From a virus (Duplodnaviria; Heunggongvirae; Uroviricota; Caudoviricetes): a DNA stretch of 64,000 bases. Shown piece after piece: positions 9,681 to 19,774 of this stretch. Location: the IMG/VR virus record IMGVR_UViG_3300011972_000167; one strand, 5' to 3'. Every line of letters starts with the position of its first letter. Within the stretch, counting starts at the first letter, position 1. The position numbers and the translations under genes were made by a program. Under the pieces are notes generated by a model. It did no database searches. It had not been told where the DNA came from and saw only the letters and a program-made list of their open reading frames with translations.

Positions 9681-11747
9681 ATGAAAAAAGTTAGAATAAT
9701 TATTGCACCAGTTATAGGTAGTTTATTAGTAACTGCTTGTGGTTCTTATGATTACAGTAAGATACCTTATGAGCCATTTCTTACTAGGCAAGAGGCTGTT
9801 GATTATTACTCTAATCAAATGAGTTATGACAGTATAGTTAAAAGAAGTGCAGTAAAATCAGGTAAGATAGAGTGGAATAAAGTTCCTGATAATGTAGCTG
9901 ATAAACTTTGGGCTGAAACATCTAAAGTTATAACAACTCACCAATTAAACCAAGGATATGAGGGTGAGATGACAAGATATATGCATGATTATCTTAAATT
10001 GACTTTGGATGGTTTGGTTTTAGAAGAGCCTGACGGTGGTTTTACATATACTGAAGCAGAGAACAGAGGTTATTACTTTGTAACTGTAGACTTTAAGACT
10101 AAGTTAAATAAGTTAGGTAGCTTAAAAGGTGAAGCAAATTATGTAGGAATAAATGGGGCAATAATAGATAATACTGTAGATGGAACTATAGAAGTACCTG
10201 TATTAAACACAGGATATATGACTTCTGCATTAGCTAAGATGAATGAATACAGAGAAAAGAATAGGTTAAATCCATATCCTGAGTATGGTGATTCTTTTAC
10301 TAATAGTTCCAGTGATGAGGGGGTAATTGAAACTATAGATGCTTCAGATGCTGAGGGAAATACAGTTATAGAAGAGGCTAATACAGATGAAAACAATGCA
10401 GAAACAGAGCAAGCCTTAGATGAAAATGGAAATCCTATAGAGTATACAACCAGTAATTTAGATACTGATACAGATACAAACGATTATGAATACACTGATA
10501 ATAAAGAAGAGGCTATTAATAACAGTTATGCTAACAATATAAGGCAGTTAGTTTATAATGTTAAAGAGTTTAATAAAGTAGTAGGAAGTAGTAATGAACA
10601 AATGGCAGCCGTACCCTACATTGATATGGTTTATGAGCCTGTAGAACCAATAGGAAGTTTATCAGGATACGGAGTATTTTCTGAGGGTTCTTATGGATTA
10701 AGGGATTTTGGTTATGATAGAGAAAAGTACGATACTGGAAATATAAAGATAACATTTGTATTTAAGCAGAACTCTCAAAAGAGAGATAAATTTGATTATA
10801 GCTATTGTTATATAAACGAGTATACTACTAACATACAAATGGAAGATAAGAACATTACTCAATCAAGTTATATTGATGGTGCTATAGATATAGCGATAGA
10901 AAGAGCGGATAGGGCTATTATAGATAAAGACTCCTCAGCTTTAATGGGGAAAGGGATATTTGAGCCTTCTGATTTAGGTTTAAGAGAATTAACATTAAGA
11001 AATTCAAGTAATATGTTATCTTTTATGACTAAAAGAGTTAAGACTTTAGATAGAAAAGATAAAGAGTATTTAGTTGAATTAGAAAGGACATCTGAAAGTT
11101 CTCCAAGAGGACTGGGTAACACCGCAAAATATAAAGATAAATATTATGCAGTTATAAGGCAAGATGGTGTTGATTTTAAGATAAATGACATAGTTTGGGT
11201 AAGTAGGACTCTTGAGAGAATACCTGAACCAGACGGAGATGACAGTATAACAAGAAGATTAACTTCATTAAACTTATCTGGTGAGGTTACAGACCAAGCT
11301 AAGGCTGAAATAACTGAAATGATGTCTAAGTTAGCTGCTGGTATCAATGGTAGAACTGCAAATGATAAGGTAGGAGAAGATGGAACTCCTGTATATGGAA
11401 TTTATAGCAGATTCGATGAGGATAAAGCATTGTTAAGCACAGAAAAAGGAGAGTACTTAAAGTCAAAACTTCTTACAAGGATGAACAAATATGGTTCTGA
11501 TAGGGGAGTTAGTGTAAATATTAAGTTTACTGAGTGGTTAGGTGGATACAATGACCAAGTAGAATTTGAGGTAGAAGAACTCTACTTATACGATGGTATA
11601 GACAAAGGCGTTTATGTGAAAAATTATTATTTAGTATCACATTACGGTTCTGAGTGGGTAATTGATGATATAGTTCCTATAGATGAAAAAGAAGTAAGCG
11701 GAGCGGATTTAGAGCAATATAAATCTGTTATGGGTACTAAGAATTAA
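9681..11747 (+). CDS. Lipoprotein, unknown function
   Basis: MKK + hydrophobic stretch + lipobox VTAC. Confidence 0.75.
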   Translation: MKKVRIIIAPVIGSLLVTACGSYDYSKIPYEPFLTRQEAVDYYSNQMSYDSIVKRSAVKSGKIEWNKVPDNVADKLWAETSKVITTHQLNQGYEGEMTRYMHDYLKLTLDGLVLEEPDGGFTYTEAENRGYYFVTVDFKTKLNKLGSLKGEANYVGINGAIIDNTVDGTIEVPVLNTGYMTSALAKMNEYREKNRLNPYPEYGDSFTNSSSDEGVIETIDASDAEGNTVIEEANTDENNAETEQALDENGNPIEYTTSNLDTDTDTNDYEYTDNKEEAINNSYANNIRQLVYNVKEFNKVVGSSNEQMAAVPYIDMVYEPVEPIGSLSGYGVFSEGSYGLRDFGYDREKYDTGNIKITFVFKQNSQKRDKFDYSYCYINEYTTNIQMEDKNITQSSYIDGAIDIAIERADRAIIDKDSSALMGKGIFEPSDLGLRELTLRNSSNMLSFMTKRVKTLDRKDKEYLVELERTSESSPRGLGNTAKYKDKYYAVIRQDGVDFKINDIVWVSRTLERIPEPDGDDSITRRLTSLNLSGEVTDQAKAEITEMMSKLAAGINGRTANDKVGEDGTPVYGIYSRFDEDKALLSTEKGEYLKSKLLTRMNKYGSDRGVSVNIKFTEWLGGYNDQVEFEVEELYLYDGIDKGVYVKNYYLVSHYGSEWVIDDIVPIDEKEVSGADLEQYKSVMGTKN

Positions 11748-11757
11748 TTTAGATATT

Positions 11758-11828
11758 AAGGCTATTGCTTAGGCAGTAGCCTTTTTATTTTTTTTATCTA
11801 TAAAATAGGCTTTTAATAAGCCTATTTT
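11758..11828 (+). terminator. Intrinsic terminator plus second hairpin
   Basis: AAGGCTATTGC-TTAG-GCAGTAGCCTT followed by a T tract; second stem AAAATAGGCTT/AAGCCTATTTT at 11802-11828. Confidence 0.8.
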
Positions 11829-11871
11829 TGTTTTTAATGCAAATTAGTATATTATATAAAATTAAGTTTAT

Positions 11872-13512
11872 ATGGAGGGTTTCGTTTTGAGTGTAAAGCA
11901 TCCATTATTATATAACAATATGTATATAAGTGATTTATCTTTGCAAGAGGTAAATAATATAGAGCAGGTAAGAAATGCAAATAAAATAGATGGATTAAAG
12001 AATATGATTTTTGACTTTCCGTTTGATTTGATAGAAACCAGTATAAGAGAAGATATCAGTATAAGAGAGATATTAAAGCGAGAAAATTTAGATTATAGAA
12101 AGTTTATAGGGGAGTTAAGGGATTATCAAACAGTAGGAACTGGGTTTTTATATTATTCAAGGCATAGTATACTTGGAGATGGTGTGGGTTTAGGTAAGAC
12201 GGCAGAGATAAGTGCTTTGATAAATTTATTACATCAAAGAAAAGAATTAAAGAGATTTATAATGGCTGTAGAAAATTCAGCTATAGCTCAAACTGCTGTG
12301 GAATTAACTAGGTTTACTGGTTTAAGGGTAGTTTGGTTACAGACTGACTCAGCTAAACTTAAAAGAGCAATAGAAAAGACAGATTGGGGCAAGGTAACAG
12401 GTATTATAATTAAGCATAGTGCTTTGCGTTCAGATGTATTTCAAAGGTGGTTAGCGGAGTATGCAAGACAGGATGGAACCAGTGGTTTATATGATACTTT
12501 TATATTAGATGAGAGTTCCGTTATAAAGAACAGTAAATCTAAAACTTATACTTATACTAAAAATATAGCAAACATGGCTAAAAGGGTTCATTTTATGAAT
12601 GCTACTCCCTTTGATAAGCATATACTTGATATTTACCATCAGCTTAATTTAATGGATGATAATTTATTGCCATCAGCTTGGAAGATAGAAAAAGAATTTT
12701 GTACTCACTCTAATTCTTGTTATTGGATTAAAGAAAGGAATGAGTATGGTGTAATGACACCTGTCAGAAAGCAAAGGTATGATATAAACGGTTACAAAAA
12801 TCAGGAGAAATTTAAGGAGAGGTTAAAGTTAGTTTATTTGGGTAGAGCAAGCAGTATGGTTGGACTAAGCAGACCTAATATATACTCAGTTTATACAGTA
12901 GAGCCTACTAAAGCTCAGTTAAATGCTATAGAAAATAAGCATAGATATAATGAGGTTTTGAATTGTCCCAGTTTAATACCCGAGTTAAAATTAGATACTA
13001 ATAGAAAAGATGTGCCAAAAATAGACCGTTTATGTGATTTAGTACTTAATGAATTTTCTGATAGTAAAGTTATGGTTTATTGTTTTAATATAGAGGCTCA
13101 AGAGGCTATTAAAAAAGAGTTAAATGCTTTAGGTAGAAAGTGTGTCATCTTAAACGGTAGGATGACAGGTGCTAATAAGGATTTGGATAGACTTAGAATA
13201 CAAGAAGATTTTAATAACGGAACTTATGATGTTATAATAACTAACATTAAAAAGTCATTGAACTTACAAGGAGGAGATGTTTGTATTTTTTATAATATGA
13301 GTACAACTGTAAGTAGTATGGAGCAAATTAGGGGAAGAATAGATAGAAATACAAATGATAATATAAAGACATTTATATTACTGTTGTATGGAAATACTCC
13401 TGAATATGACTTTTTTACTCAAACTGTTAAGAAAAGAGCAATGGACAGTAGGGATTTAACTATAGATGCAAAGACAGCTATAGATTTCTTTATGGATAGT
13501 TTAGAGGAATAA
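11872..13512 (+). CDS. SNF2-family helicase/ATPase
   Basis: ELRDYQ, LGDGVGLGKT (motif I), FILDES (motif II), NATP (III), SLNLQ and QIRGRIDR (VI). Confidence 0.85.
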   Translation: MEGFVLSVKHPLLYNNMYISDLSLQEVNNIEQVRNANKIDGLKNMIFDFPFDLIETSIREDISIREILKRENLDYRKFIGELRDYQTVGTGFLYYSRHSILGDGVGLGKTAEISALINLLHQRKELKRFIMAVENSAIAQTAVELTRFTGLRVVWLQTDSAKLKRAIEKTDWGKVTGIIIKHSALRSDVFQRWLAEYARQDGTSGLYDTFILDESSVIKNSKSKTYTYTKNIANMAKRVHFMNATPFDKHILDIYHQLNLMDDNLLPSAWKIEKEFCTHSNSCYWIKERNEYGVMTPVRKQRYDINGYKNQEKFKERLKLVYLGRASSMVGLSRPNIYSVYTVEPTKAQLNAIENKHRYNEVLNCPSLIPELKLDTNRKDVPKIDRLCDLVLNEFSDSKVMVYCFNIEAQEAIKKELNALGRKCVILNGRMTGANKDLDRLRIQEDFNNGTYDVIITNIKKSLNLQGGDVCIFYNMSTTVSSMEQIRGRIDRNTNDNIKTFILLLYGNTPEYDFFTQTVKKRAMDSRDLTIDAKTAIDFFMDSLEE

Positions 13513-13524
13513 AAGCTAGTTTAT

Positions 13525-14454
13525 TTGGAGGAAAGCAATGTGAAAGGAATATTTGGTGTAGTAGGATTTAACTTAGAAAAAGATAAGTATGTGCATAACA
13601 GATTCGAGAAGAGTATTCATAAAGTTCTAAGTTGCAAGGTCGTTAATGTATGCTCTGGTGAAATAACAGATATGGATATAAACACATTTAACTTAGCTTT
13701 AAGCGATGGAAAGATTTTAACCAGTGATGATAGAATTGCTGACTTAGGTAATACAGAAATAGGGTTACATGATACTTCTTTTGATAATGAGTTTTTATAT
13801 AAAGGTTTAACATATAAAGGTAATTTTAATTATAATTTATACTTAGATAATGAACTTATATCAGAATCTTGGGCTAAATATTTAGCCTTTTATAATGATT
13901 TTAAGTTTAACATAAAAAGACATTTAATATATGATTTGCGCAATAAAGAAATGTTATTACATATATCTAATGGTAGTGGTTTTATATATGATTATAGGTA
14001 TTTAACTGGGAGTATTGAGCAATCTATTCTTTTTGGCTTTTCAACTGCGATAGATGACAGTAATGTAAGTAATATAGACTTAGATAAATTTTTTGACTAT
14101 TATGAAGTTACAGATAATAATGTATTATACATGAATAATCTATGTGAAATTACAGGTAAAACTAGTGGAGATGTAATAATACATAATAGGTGTACTGATT
14201 TATACTTAAGTGCCTGTTTATATCCTGAATTAAGAAAATTAATTATACCACCAAGCATAGAAAAAGTAACAGGTGTTGTAAATACTTATGGTAGATTAAA
14301 TATAAAAAATATTGAGTTATATCTTAGTCATAGTATACCTAATGATTTGAAATGTTTAATTTGTATGCATTTATTTGGTGATAATGAGATATCAACTGAT
14401 CTTTTAAGTTTTGAAGAGACTTACGGAGGATATTCTAATATACATTTATACTAG
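13525..14454 (+). CDS. Paralogue family member 1 (C-terminal LRR-like repeats)
   Basis: GDVIIHNRC...LIIPPSIEKV...LYLS; ends IHLY. Confidence 0.7.
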   Translation: MEESNVKGIFGVVGFNLEKDKYVHNRFEKSIHKVLSCKVVNVCSGEITDMDINTFNLALSDGKILTSDDRIADLGNTEIGLHDTSFDNEFLYKGLTYKGNFNYNLYLDNELISESWAKYLAFYNDFKFNIKRHLIYDLRNKEMLLHISNGSGFIYDYRYLTGSIEQSILFGFSTAIDDSNVSNIDLDKFFDYYEVTDNNVLYMNNLCEITGKTSGDVIIHNRCTDLYLSACLYPELRKLIIPPSIEKVTGVVNTYGRLNIKNIELYLSHSIPNDLKCLICMHLFGDNEISTDLLSFEETYGGYSNIHLY

Positions 14455-14476
14455 ATTAATTTAGGAGTTAGCTAAA

Positions 14477-15349
14477 ATGAGAGATATTTATGCTTTGATA
14501 AAAATAAAAGCATGTGAAAGAAGTAATTCTTGTAATACTGATTCAGAATATACTGATTATGATATTTTGGGTTTTGAGTTGGTACACTTAATAAGTGGGA
14601 ATAGAATTATTGTAAACAAGTGGGATTTAGCTAAATATTTTAGTGATAATACTATTGTAAACAAAGATGAAGAGTTATTAGACTTAATAGGGGTTAAGTT
14701 AAGCAGTATTTTTTCTAGTTATTTTCCGGTATGGAGGGAAGGAACTTATTGGAGTAGCTTACTTCCTTATACAGTTGAATTAGAGAATGGTTCAAAAATA
14801 TTAACTCATATGCAATATATTTCTTTAATTAAGCAAAAAGAATTTAGATTAATTAAATGTATAGCCTATGATTGTAAAAAGGATAGTCTTTGTTTGCTTA
14901 TAGGAGATAGAAGTAAAGTTGTTCTTGATTGCAGATATTCTGATATGTGCATTGATTATATTAATAAGGACTTTTATGTTGTTTATAATTATTTAGATAG
15001 TACTGATATTCAAAAGTTAGGTTTAGATTTTAGAGATTTAATATCTTGTTATCAAGAAGATTCTAACGGCTTAATTAGTTTAGAAAATGTAGCTATATTA
15101 ACTAATAGTTTATGTGGTGATGTAATAATACCTAGTAATTGTGATACTATAGTAATAGGTAGCCCTATAGATATAGTTATTGATAGACTAGTGGTGCCTC
15201 CAAGTGTAAAAAGAGTGATTGGAGAGTGCAGATTAAGTAAACCAGTAGAAATTTATATGAGTAAAAAATTGCTTGGTGAAGTTAAAAATAAGCTATGTAA
15301 AAGTTTAATTGCTGATAGGAAATATTATAAACATATTGAATTTTATTAA
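14477..15349 (+). CDS. Paralogue family member 2
   Basis: ILGFELVHLISG N-terminal motif; GDVIIPSNC...LVVPPSVKRV...IYMSK; ends IEFY. Confidence 0.7.
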   Translation: MRDIYALIKIKACERSNSCNTDSEYTDYDILGFELVHLISGNRIIVNKWDLAKYFSDNTIVNKDEELLDLIGVKLSSIFSSYFPVWREGTYWSSLLPYTVELENGSKILTHMQYISLIKQKEFRLIKCIAYDCKKDSLCLLIGDRSKVVLDCRYSDMCIDYINKDFYVVYNYLDSTDIQKLGLDFRDLISCYQEDSNGLISLENVAILTNSLCGDVIIPSNCDTIVIGSPIDIVIDRLVVPPSVKRVIGECRLSKPVEIYMSKKLLGEVKNKLCKSLIADRKYYKHIEFY

Positions 15350-15368
15350 ATTAGTGGAGGAGAAATAT

Positions 15369-16268
15369 ATGAGTTTATATGCTATTGGACTTATAGTAGA
15401 TGACACAAGAGCAGTTAATAAATTGTATTTAACTGGTTTTAGGTTAGCAGATATTCCCAGTGAGCTAATTAGGGATGTGAGTATACTAGAGGCTAAAAAA
15501 TTGTATTTTGCAAATGATGGTATAGTAAATTTATCGGACTCTCAGCTTTCTGGCTATTTAGAGGAATACAATGGTAGTGTAGATGATTATATTAAAGCTG
15601 ATAATTTTAGTTTTCTTTGTTTTGATTACGGAACTAGTCAAGTCTACACTAATTTTGATTATTGTATCATCAATCAAGATGGTAAACATTTAGGGGAAGA
15701 TGGAATAGCTTTGTTTTTATCTGAAGATTTTGGACTTAATTTAGGATATAGGGCAAGTTGCAATAAAATTATGCATTTGTATTCTACTAGCTATAATGAG
15801 GATGAATATTTAGACTTAGATAGTGAACTTAAAGATTTAATAGATTTGCCTACTACTGATGCAGATTGGAGTGATTCGGATATTTATAATACTTATGAAG
15901 ATTTGGTGAAATATAAACATATTATTAATAAAGAAATATCAACATTTTTTGGTGTATGCAAAGTTTTTGGTTTAAATAAAAAATTATTAGTGATGCCTAA
16001 AGATTGTAGTATACTTCATATAGATCTTAATAGTATATCAAACGGAATGAATATAGTATTTAGTCCTTGCATACAGAAGTTTTATATGGATCAGTTTTCT
16101 TTAAGGCACAATAGTAGCGGTATAATGGAGTTGACTTTTTGTTTTTCTTCTAGTACAGATAATAATATAGTAGATAGCATAGTAAACACTATAAAAGATG
16201 CATTTAGTTATTGTAATAAGAGTAAAAAAATTAATATAGATTTGAGATTGAGTTTGAACTATTATTAA
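15369..16268 (+). CDS. Paralogue family member 3
   Basis: Start moved to ATG 15369 (GGAGGAG SD). YAIGLIV...LTGFRLAD; LVMPKDC...IVFSPCIQK. Confidence 0.7.
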   Translation: MSLYAIGLIVDDTRAVNKLYLTGFRLADIPSELIRDVSILEAKKLYFANDGIVNLSDSQLSGYLEEYNGSVDDYIKADNFSFLCFDYGTSQVYTNFDYCIINQDGKHLGEDGIALFLSEDFGLNLGYRASCNKIMHLYSTSYNEDEYLDLDSELKDLIDLPTTDADWSDSDIYNTYEDLVKYKHIINKEISTFFGVCKVFGLNKKLLVMPKDCSILHIDLNSISNGMNIVFSPCIQKFYMDQFSLRHNSSGIMELTFCFSSSTDNNIVDSIVNTIKDAFSYCNKSKKINIDLRLSLNYY

Positions 16269-16365
16269 GGAGATGATATAAAGATTATGCTATGTTTATT
16301 AGCCTTTTTATAGTTATAGTGTATATAAAAGTTTTTAATATTTAAGAATATTGAGAATTTTTAAC

Positions 16366-16394
16366 TTGATATTCTTTTTAATTTGTGGTATAAT
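16366..16394 (+). promoter_or_regulatory. sigmaA promoter of IS607 tnpA
   Basis: TTGATA-17 bp-TATAAT with extended -10 TG. Confidence 0.7.
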
Positions 16395-16414
16395 TAATTA
16401 TGAAAGGAGGAATT

Positions 16415-17062
16415 ATGGTTAAAAAAAGTGAATTAGTTAAAGAATATTATAAAACTGGAGAACTTGCTAAAATGATAGGAAAACAAACTCGTACAGTACA
16501 GAGTTATTGTATAAGAGGAGATATTAACTCTATCATAATTCCCAGCGGAAAAAGAATTATTAGTAGAGATGAAGTTACTAAATATCTAAGAAGTTCTAAT
16601 TTATTATATGAAGATGATAACAAAATAGATTTAATCTATGCAAGAGTATCCAATAATAAACAAAAAAATAGAGGAGATTTAGACAGACAAATTGATTATA
16701 TAACAAAAGAAATAATCACTAAAAATCCTAAAAATTTAAAAGTTTTTTCGGAAGTTGGAAGTGGTTTAAGTGACAACAGAAAAGAATTAAAAAAACTATT
16801 AGATATGGTTATGAATGATGAAGTAGACAGAATATTTATTCTTTATAAAGACAGATTGACAAGATTTGGATTTAATTATTTAGAACAAATATGTAATAAA
16901 TTTGGAACTAAAATAATTGTAATATCAGAAGAAACACAAGAAAAGTCAATACAAGAGGAATTGGCAGAAGATATTATATCTATAATACATTCATTTAGTA
17001 GTGAGTTGTATGGAATGAAAAACAAGATAAAAGAAAAACTTGATAAGGAATTAAGTGATTGA
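16415..17062 (+). CDS. tnpA: IS607 transposase (MerR-like HTH + serine recombinase)
   Basis: N-terminal HTH (YKTGELAKMIG), catalytic IYARVS, DLDRQ, EVGSG, KDRLTRFG, ELAEDIISIIHSFS; start at ATG 16415 after GAAAGGAGG. Confidence 0.92.
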   Translation: MVKKSELVKEYYKTGELAKMIGKQTRTVQSYCIRGDINSIIIPSGKRIISRDEVTKYLRSSNLLYEDDNKIDLIYARVSNNKQKNRGDLDRQIDYITKEIITKNPKNLKVFSEVGSGLSDNRKELKKLLDMVMNDEVDRIFILYKDRLTRFGFNYLEQICNKFGTKIIVISEETQEKSIQEELAEDIISIIHSFSSELYGMKNKIKEKLDKELSD

Positions 17063-18297
17063 TTATGGTGTTAGTAGAAAGACATATAATAAAACATAAG
17101 CATAAATATTATAATGAACTTGATAATTTATGTTGGTTATCTAAAAATTTATATAATTCTACTTTATATAATGTAAGACAATATTATTTTGAAAATAAAA
17201 AATTACTTAAATATCAAGTTATAAATAAAATGTATGTTGATAGCAACAATATTGATTATCGTGCTTTGCCGGCTAAAGTTGCAAAGCATACTCAAATGTT
17301 AGTAGAGCATAATTTTAAGTCATTTTTTGGACTTTTGAAATTAAAGGGAAAAGGAAAATATGATAAACCTGTTAAAATAACTAAATATTTAGATAAGAAA
17401 AAAGGTAGACAAGTAGTACATTATGAAAAAGGTGCTATTTCTTTCAAAGAACAAGGTTATATAAAATTATCTAAAACTAGCATAAAAATAAAAACTAAAC
17501 TTACAAAGGATAAAGTACAGTTTGTAAGATTAGTTCCTAAGAATAATTATATAGTGATAGAAATTGGATATAAGATTAAGGAACAAGAACAAAAGTTAAA
17601 TAATAATGTTCTTGCAATAGATATTGGAGTTAATAATATCGCTAGTTGTGTTACAACTAATGGAGATAAATTTTTAATAAACGGAAAGCCATTAAAATAT
17701 GTTAATCACAATTATAATAAAAGAATAGCTGATATACAAAGCAAATTAAAATTAAAATTAAATCATAATAAAAACAACAGTAGATATAAAAGTAATATCA
17801 CAAATAAAAGAAACAACAGAATTAATGATTATTTACATAAGATAACGACTTATATTGTAAATCACACAGTTTCAAATGATATAGCAACGATAGTTGTAGG
17901 ATATAATAAAGAATGGAAACAAGATACAAATATGAGTAAGAGTAATAATCAAAATTTTGTAAATATCCCATTTTATAAATTTATTAGTATGTTAGATTAT
18001 AAATGCAAATTAAAAGGAATTAATTTTCAAACAATAACAGAAGAATACACTTCTAAATGTAGTTTTGTAGATGATGAAGAAATAGAAAAGCATATAAATT
18101 ATGTAGGAAAAAGAATAAGTAGAAATTTTTTCAGTACTAAAAAAGGAATTTTAATAAATGCAGATATAAATGGAGCATATAACATATTAAAAAAATACAT
18201 GAAAAAGAATGCGACTTGGAATGAGAAAATATCTCAAACTTTAGTTAAGGTGTGCAGTATACCTAGTGTCCGAAGGATAAATTTAAGAGTGTCTTAG
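17059..18297 (+). CDS. tnpB: TnpB RNA-guided endonuclease (IS607 type)
   Basis: KNLYN, RuvC-I AIDIGVNN, DYLHK, IVVGYNKEWKQ, EEYTSKCS, RuvC-III INADINGAYNI. Confidence 0.9.
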   Translation: MIMVLVERHIIKHKHKYYNELDNLCWLSKNLYNSTLYNVRQYYFENKKLLKYQVINKMYVDSNNIDYRALPAKVAKHTQMLVEHNFKSFFGLLKLKGKGKYDKPVKITKYLDKKKGRQVVHYEKGAISFKEQGYIKLSKTSIKIKTKLTKDKVQFVRLVPKNNYIVIEIGYKIKEQEQKLNNNVLAIDIGVNNIASCVTTNGDKFLINGKPLKYVNHNYNKRIADIQSKLKLKLNHNKNNSRYKSNITNKRNNRINDYLHKITTYIVNHTVSNDIATIVVGYNKEWKQDTNMSKSNNQNFVNIPFYKFISMLDYKCKLKGINFQTITEEYTSKCSFVDDEEIEKHINYVGKRISRNFFSTKKGILINADINGAYNILKKYMKKNATWNEKISQTLVKVCSIPSVRRINLRVS

Positions 18298-18354
18298 TTT
18301 ATCCTAGCTTAGCTAAAAGGTAAAATACTTGATATTCTTGTATTTTACTAACTG
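18240..18354 (+). ncRNA. Probable TnpB omegaRNA/reRNA scaffold at IS right end (limits approximate)
   Basis: Position at tnpB 3' end; stems AGGATAAA/TTTATCCT and GTAAAATAC/GTATTTTAC. Inferred from TnpB biology. Confidence 0.45.
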
Positions 18355-18665
18355 TTCATACTAATAGTGATTATGAGATTGAGCCTATAGTTGTAACTGA
18401 TAAAGCAATAGTATCTGGAAACATTCTTATTAATGATAAGGCTGAAATTTTAGGAGGGGAAGTTAGAGTAGATTCAGATAGAACATTTGTAATAGGAGAT
18501 TGCTGTTGCTTGATAAATGCAAAGATAAATAAGCCTTCTGATTTAGATATTGTTCAGCTGTATGAAAAAGATGGCTTATGTGAGTGTCAATATAAAGATG
18601 TTAATGGAATTAAGAGGGTCGTATTAAGTAATACAGTTGGTTTATTGGAGATAAATATAGATTAA
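18354..18665 (+). pseudogene. Start-less 3' gene remnant downstream of IS607
   Basis: 103 open codons (VHTNSDYEIEPIVVTDKAIVSGNILINDKAEILGG...LEINID*) with no start or SD before them; beta-helix-like periodicity. Confidence 0.6.
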
Positions 18666-18667
18666 GC

Positions 18668-18705
18668 AATAGGCTCTTGAGATTAATCTCAAGAGCCTAT
18701 TTTTA
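18668..18705 (+). terminator. Perfect 34-bp palindrome, probable terminator
   Basis: AATAGGCTCTTGAGATT|AATCTCAAGAGCCTATT followed by T's. Confidence 0.75.
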
Positions 18706-18810
18706 TGGAGTTAAATTAGTATAGCTTAATATATGATAAGATATCCTTTGCTAATAATAAGTAATTTAAGTGCTTAAATTGTTTTAATATTAGATGGAGG
18801 GTTTATTAGA

Positions 18811-19752
18811 ATGGATTGGATTAATGATAAGAGATATTGTATTCCTGTAGTAATAAATTTAGATGGCAGTAGTTTAGGCAAATGTAGGGATTATGATACT
18901 TATAGGATTAAGAGTATTAAAATAGCTAATATAAAAACATTAGATATTTATGAGCTTAGCATAGAAGATTTTGAAAAAAGTAATTTATCTTATAAATTAA
19001 CTAGAAAAACTCAAATAATGTGTAAGAACAGGCATTTTTATTTAAGAATGGATAGTGGGTATGGTATAGATTATGCTAGGGTAAATGAAATAAATGATAT
19101 CTATGCTATTGAAATAGATAATACAACAATTCTAAACAAAAGAATTGCATTAGCTGTAATAGATAGCAATATTGTTTTATTAAAAATAAAATATGTCAGC
19201 TCTTCTAGGAAAATGGTTATTGAGCATTCTAACATTAGTAATACTATTGATATAGAGTATAAAGCTATAGAGTTAAAAAGGCAATTATCTAAAGACTTAG
19301 AGGTTTTTACTAGCATACTTACTCTTATGCCATTGCCTGTAATAAAGTTAAATGAATATGCTGAAAGCACTTCAAGTAGAATAAATGTTTATGGGATTGA
19401 TTTAATGGACTTAAAGGCAATATCGAACAATCTTATAATACCTAATGATTGTAATGAATTAGTAATATACAGTACTGGAGAGGCTAAACTATTAAAGACA
19501 GTTATTATATCACCTAATGTAAGTAAAATAACATGGAAAGCTAAACATAGTTCTTTTGAGAGCATAGTATTAGCTAAAAAAGTAAAAGTAACTGCCTTAA
19601 AAACTTTCCTAGTAAGCTTTATTAAAAATACAGTTTATACTCATGGGGTAGATTTTAATTTTGAGTCTGTATTAAATAAATGTAAAACAGTAAATGATAT
19701 TTTGAACTCAAGTATAGATGGTGATAGAAGTATTAAAAAAGATTTAATATAA
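18811..19752 (+). CDS. Paralogue family member 4
   Basis: IKSIKIANIKTLDIYELSI; LIIPNDCNELVI...VIISPNVSKI. Confidence 0.65.
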   Translation: MDWINDKRYCIPVVINLDGSSLGKCRDYDTYRIKSIKIANIKTLDIYELSIEDFEKSNLSYKLTRKTQIMCKNRHFYLRMDSGYGIDYARVNEINDIYAIEIDNTTILNKRIALAVIDSNIVLLKIKYVSSSRKMVIEHSNISNTIDIEYKAIELKRQLSKDLEVFTSILTLMPLPVIKLNEYAESTSSRINVYGIDLMDLKAISNNLIIPNDCNELVIYSTGEAKLLKTVIISPNVSKITWKAKHSSFESIVLAKKVKVTALKTFLVSFIKNTVYTHGVDFNFESVLNKCKTVNDILNSSIDGDRSIKKDLI

Positions 19753-19774
19753 AATTATTGGAGTAATCAAGCTT

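Larger units (their letters stand above)
16311..18354 (+). mobile_element. IS607-family insertion sequence (ends approximate)
   Basis: Overlapping serine-recombinase tnpA and tnpB; more A-rich than flanks; 13-nt direct repeat ACTTGATATTCTT near both ends (16364 and 18327); a start-less gene remnant follows. Confidence 0.85.

Noticed and set aside
16270..18354. IStron (group I intron + IS607)
   Set aside because: Only about 100 nt of AT-rich sequence precedes tnpA, too little for a group I intron core.
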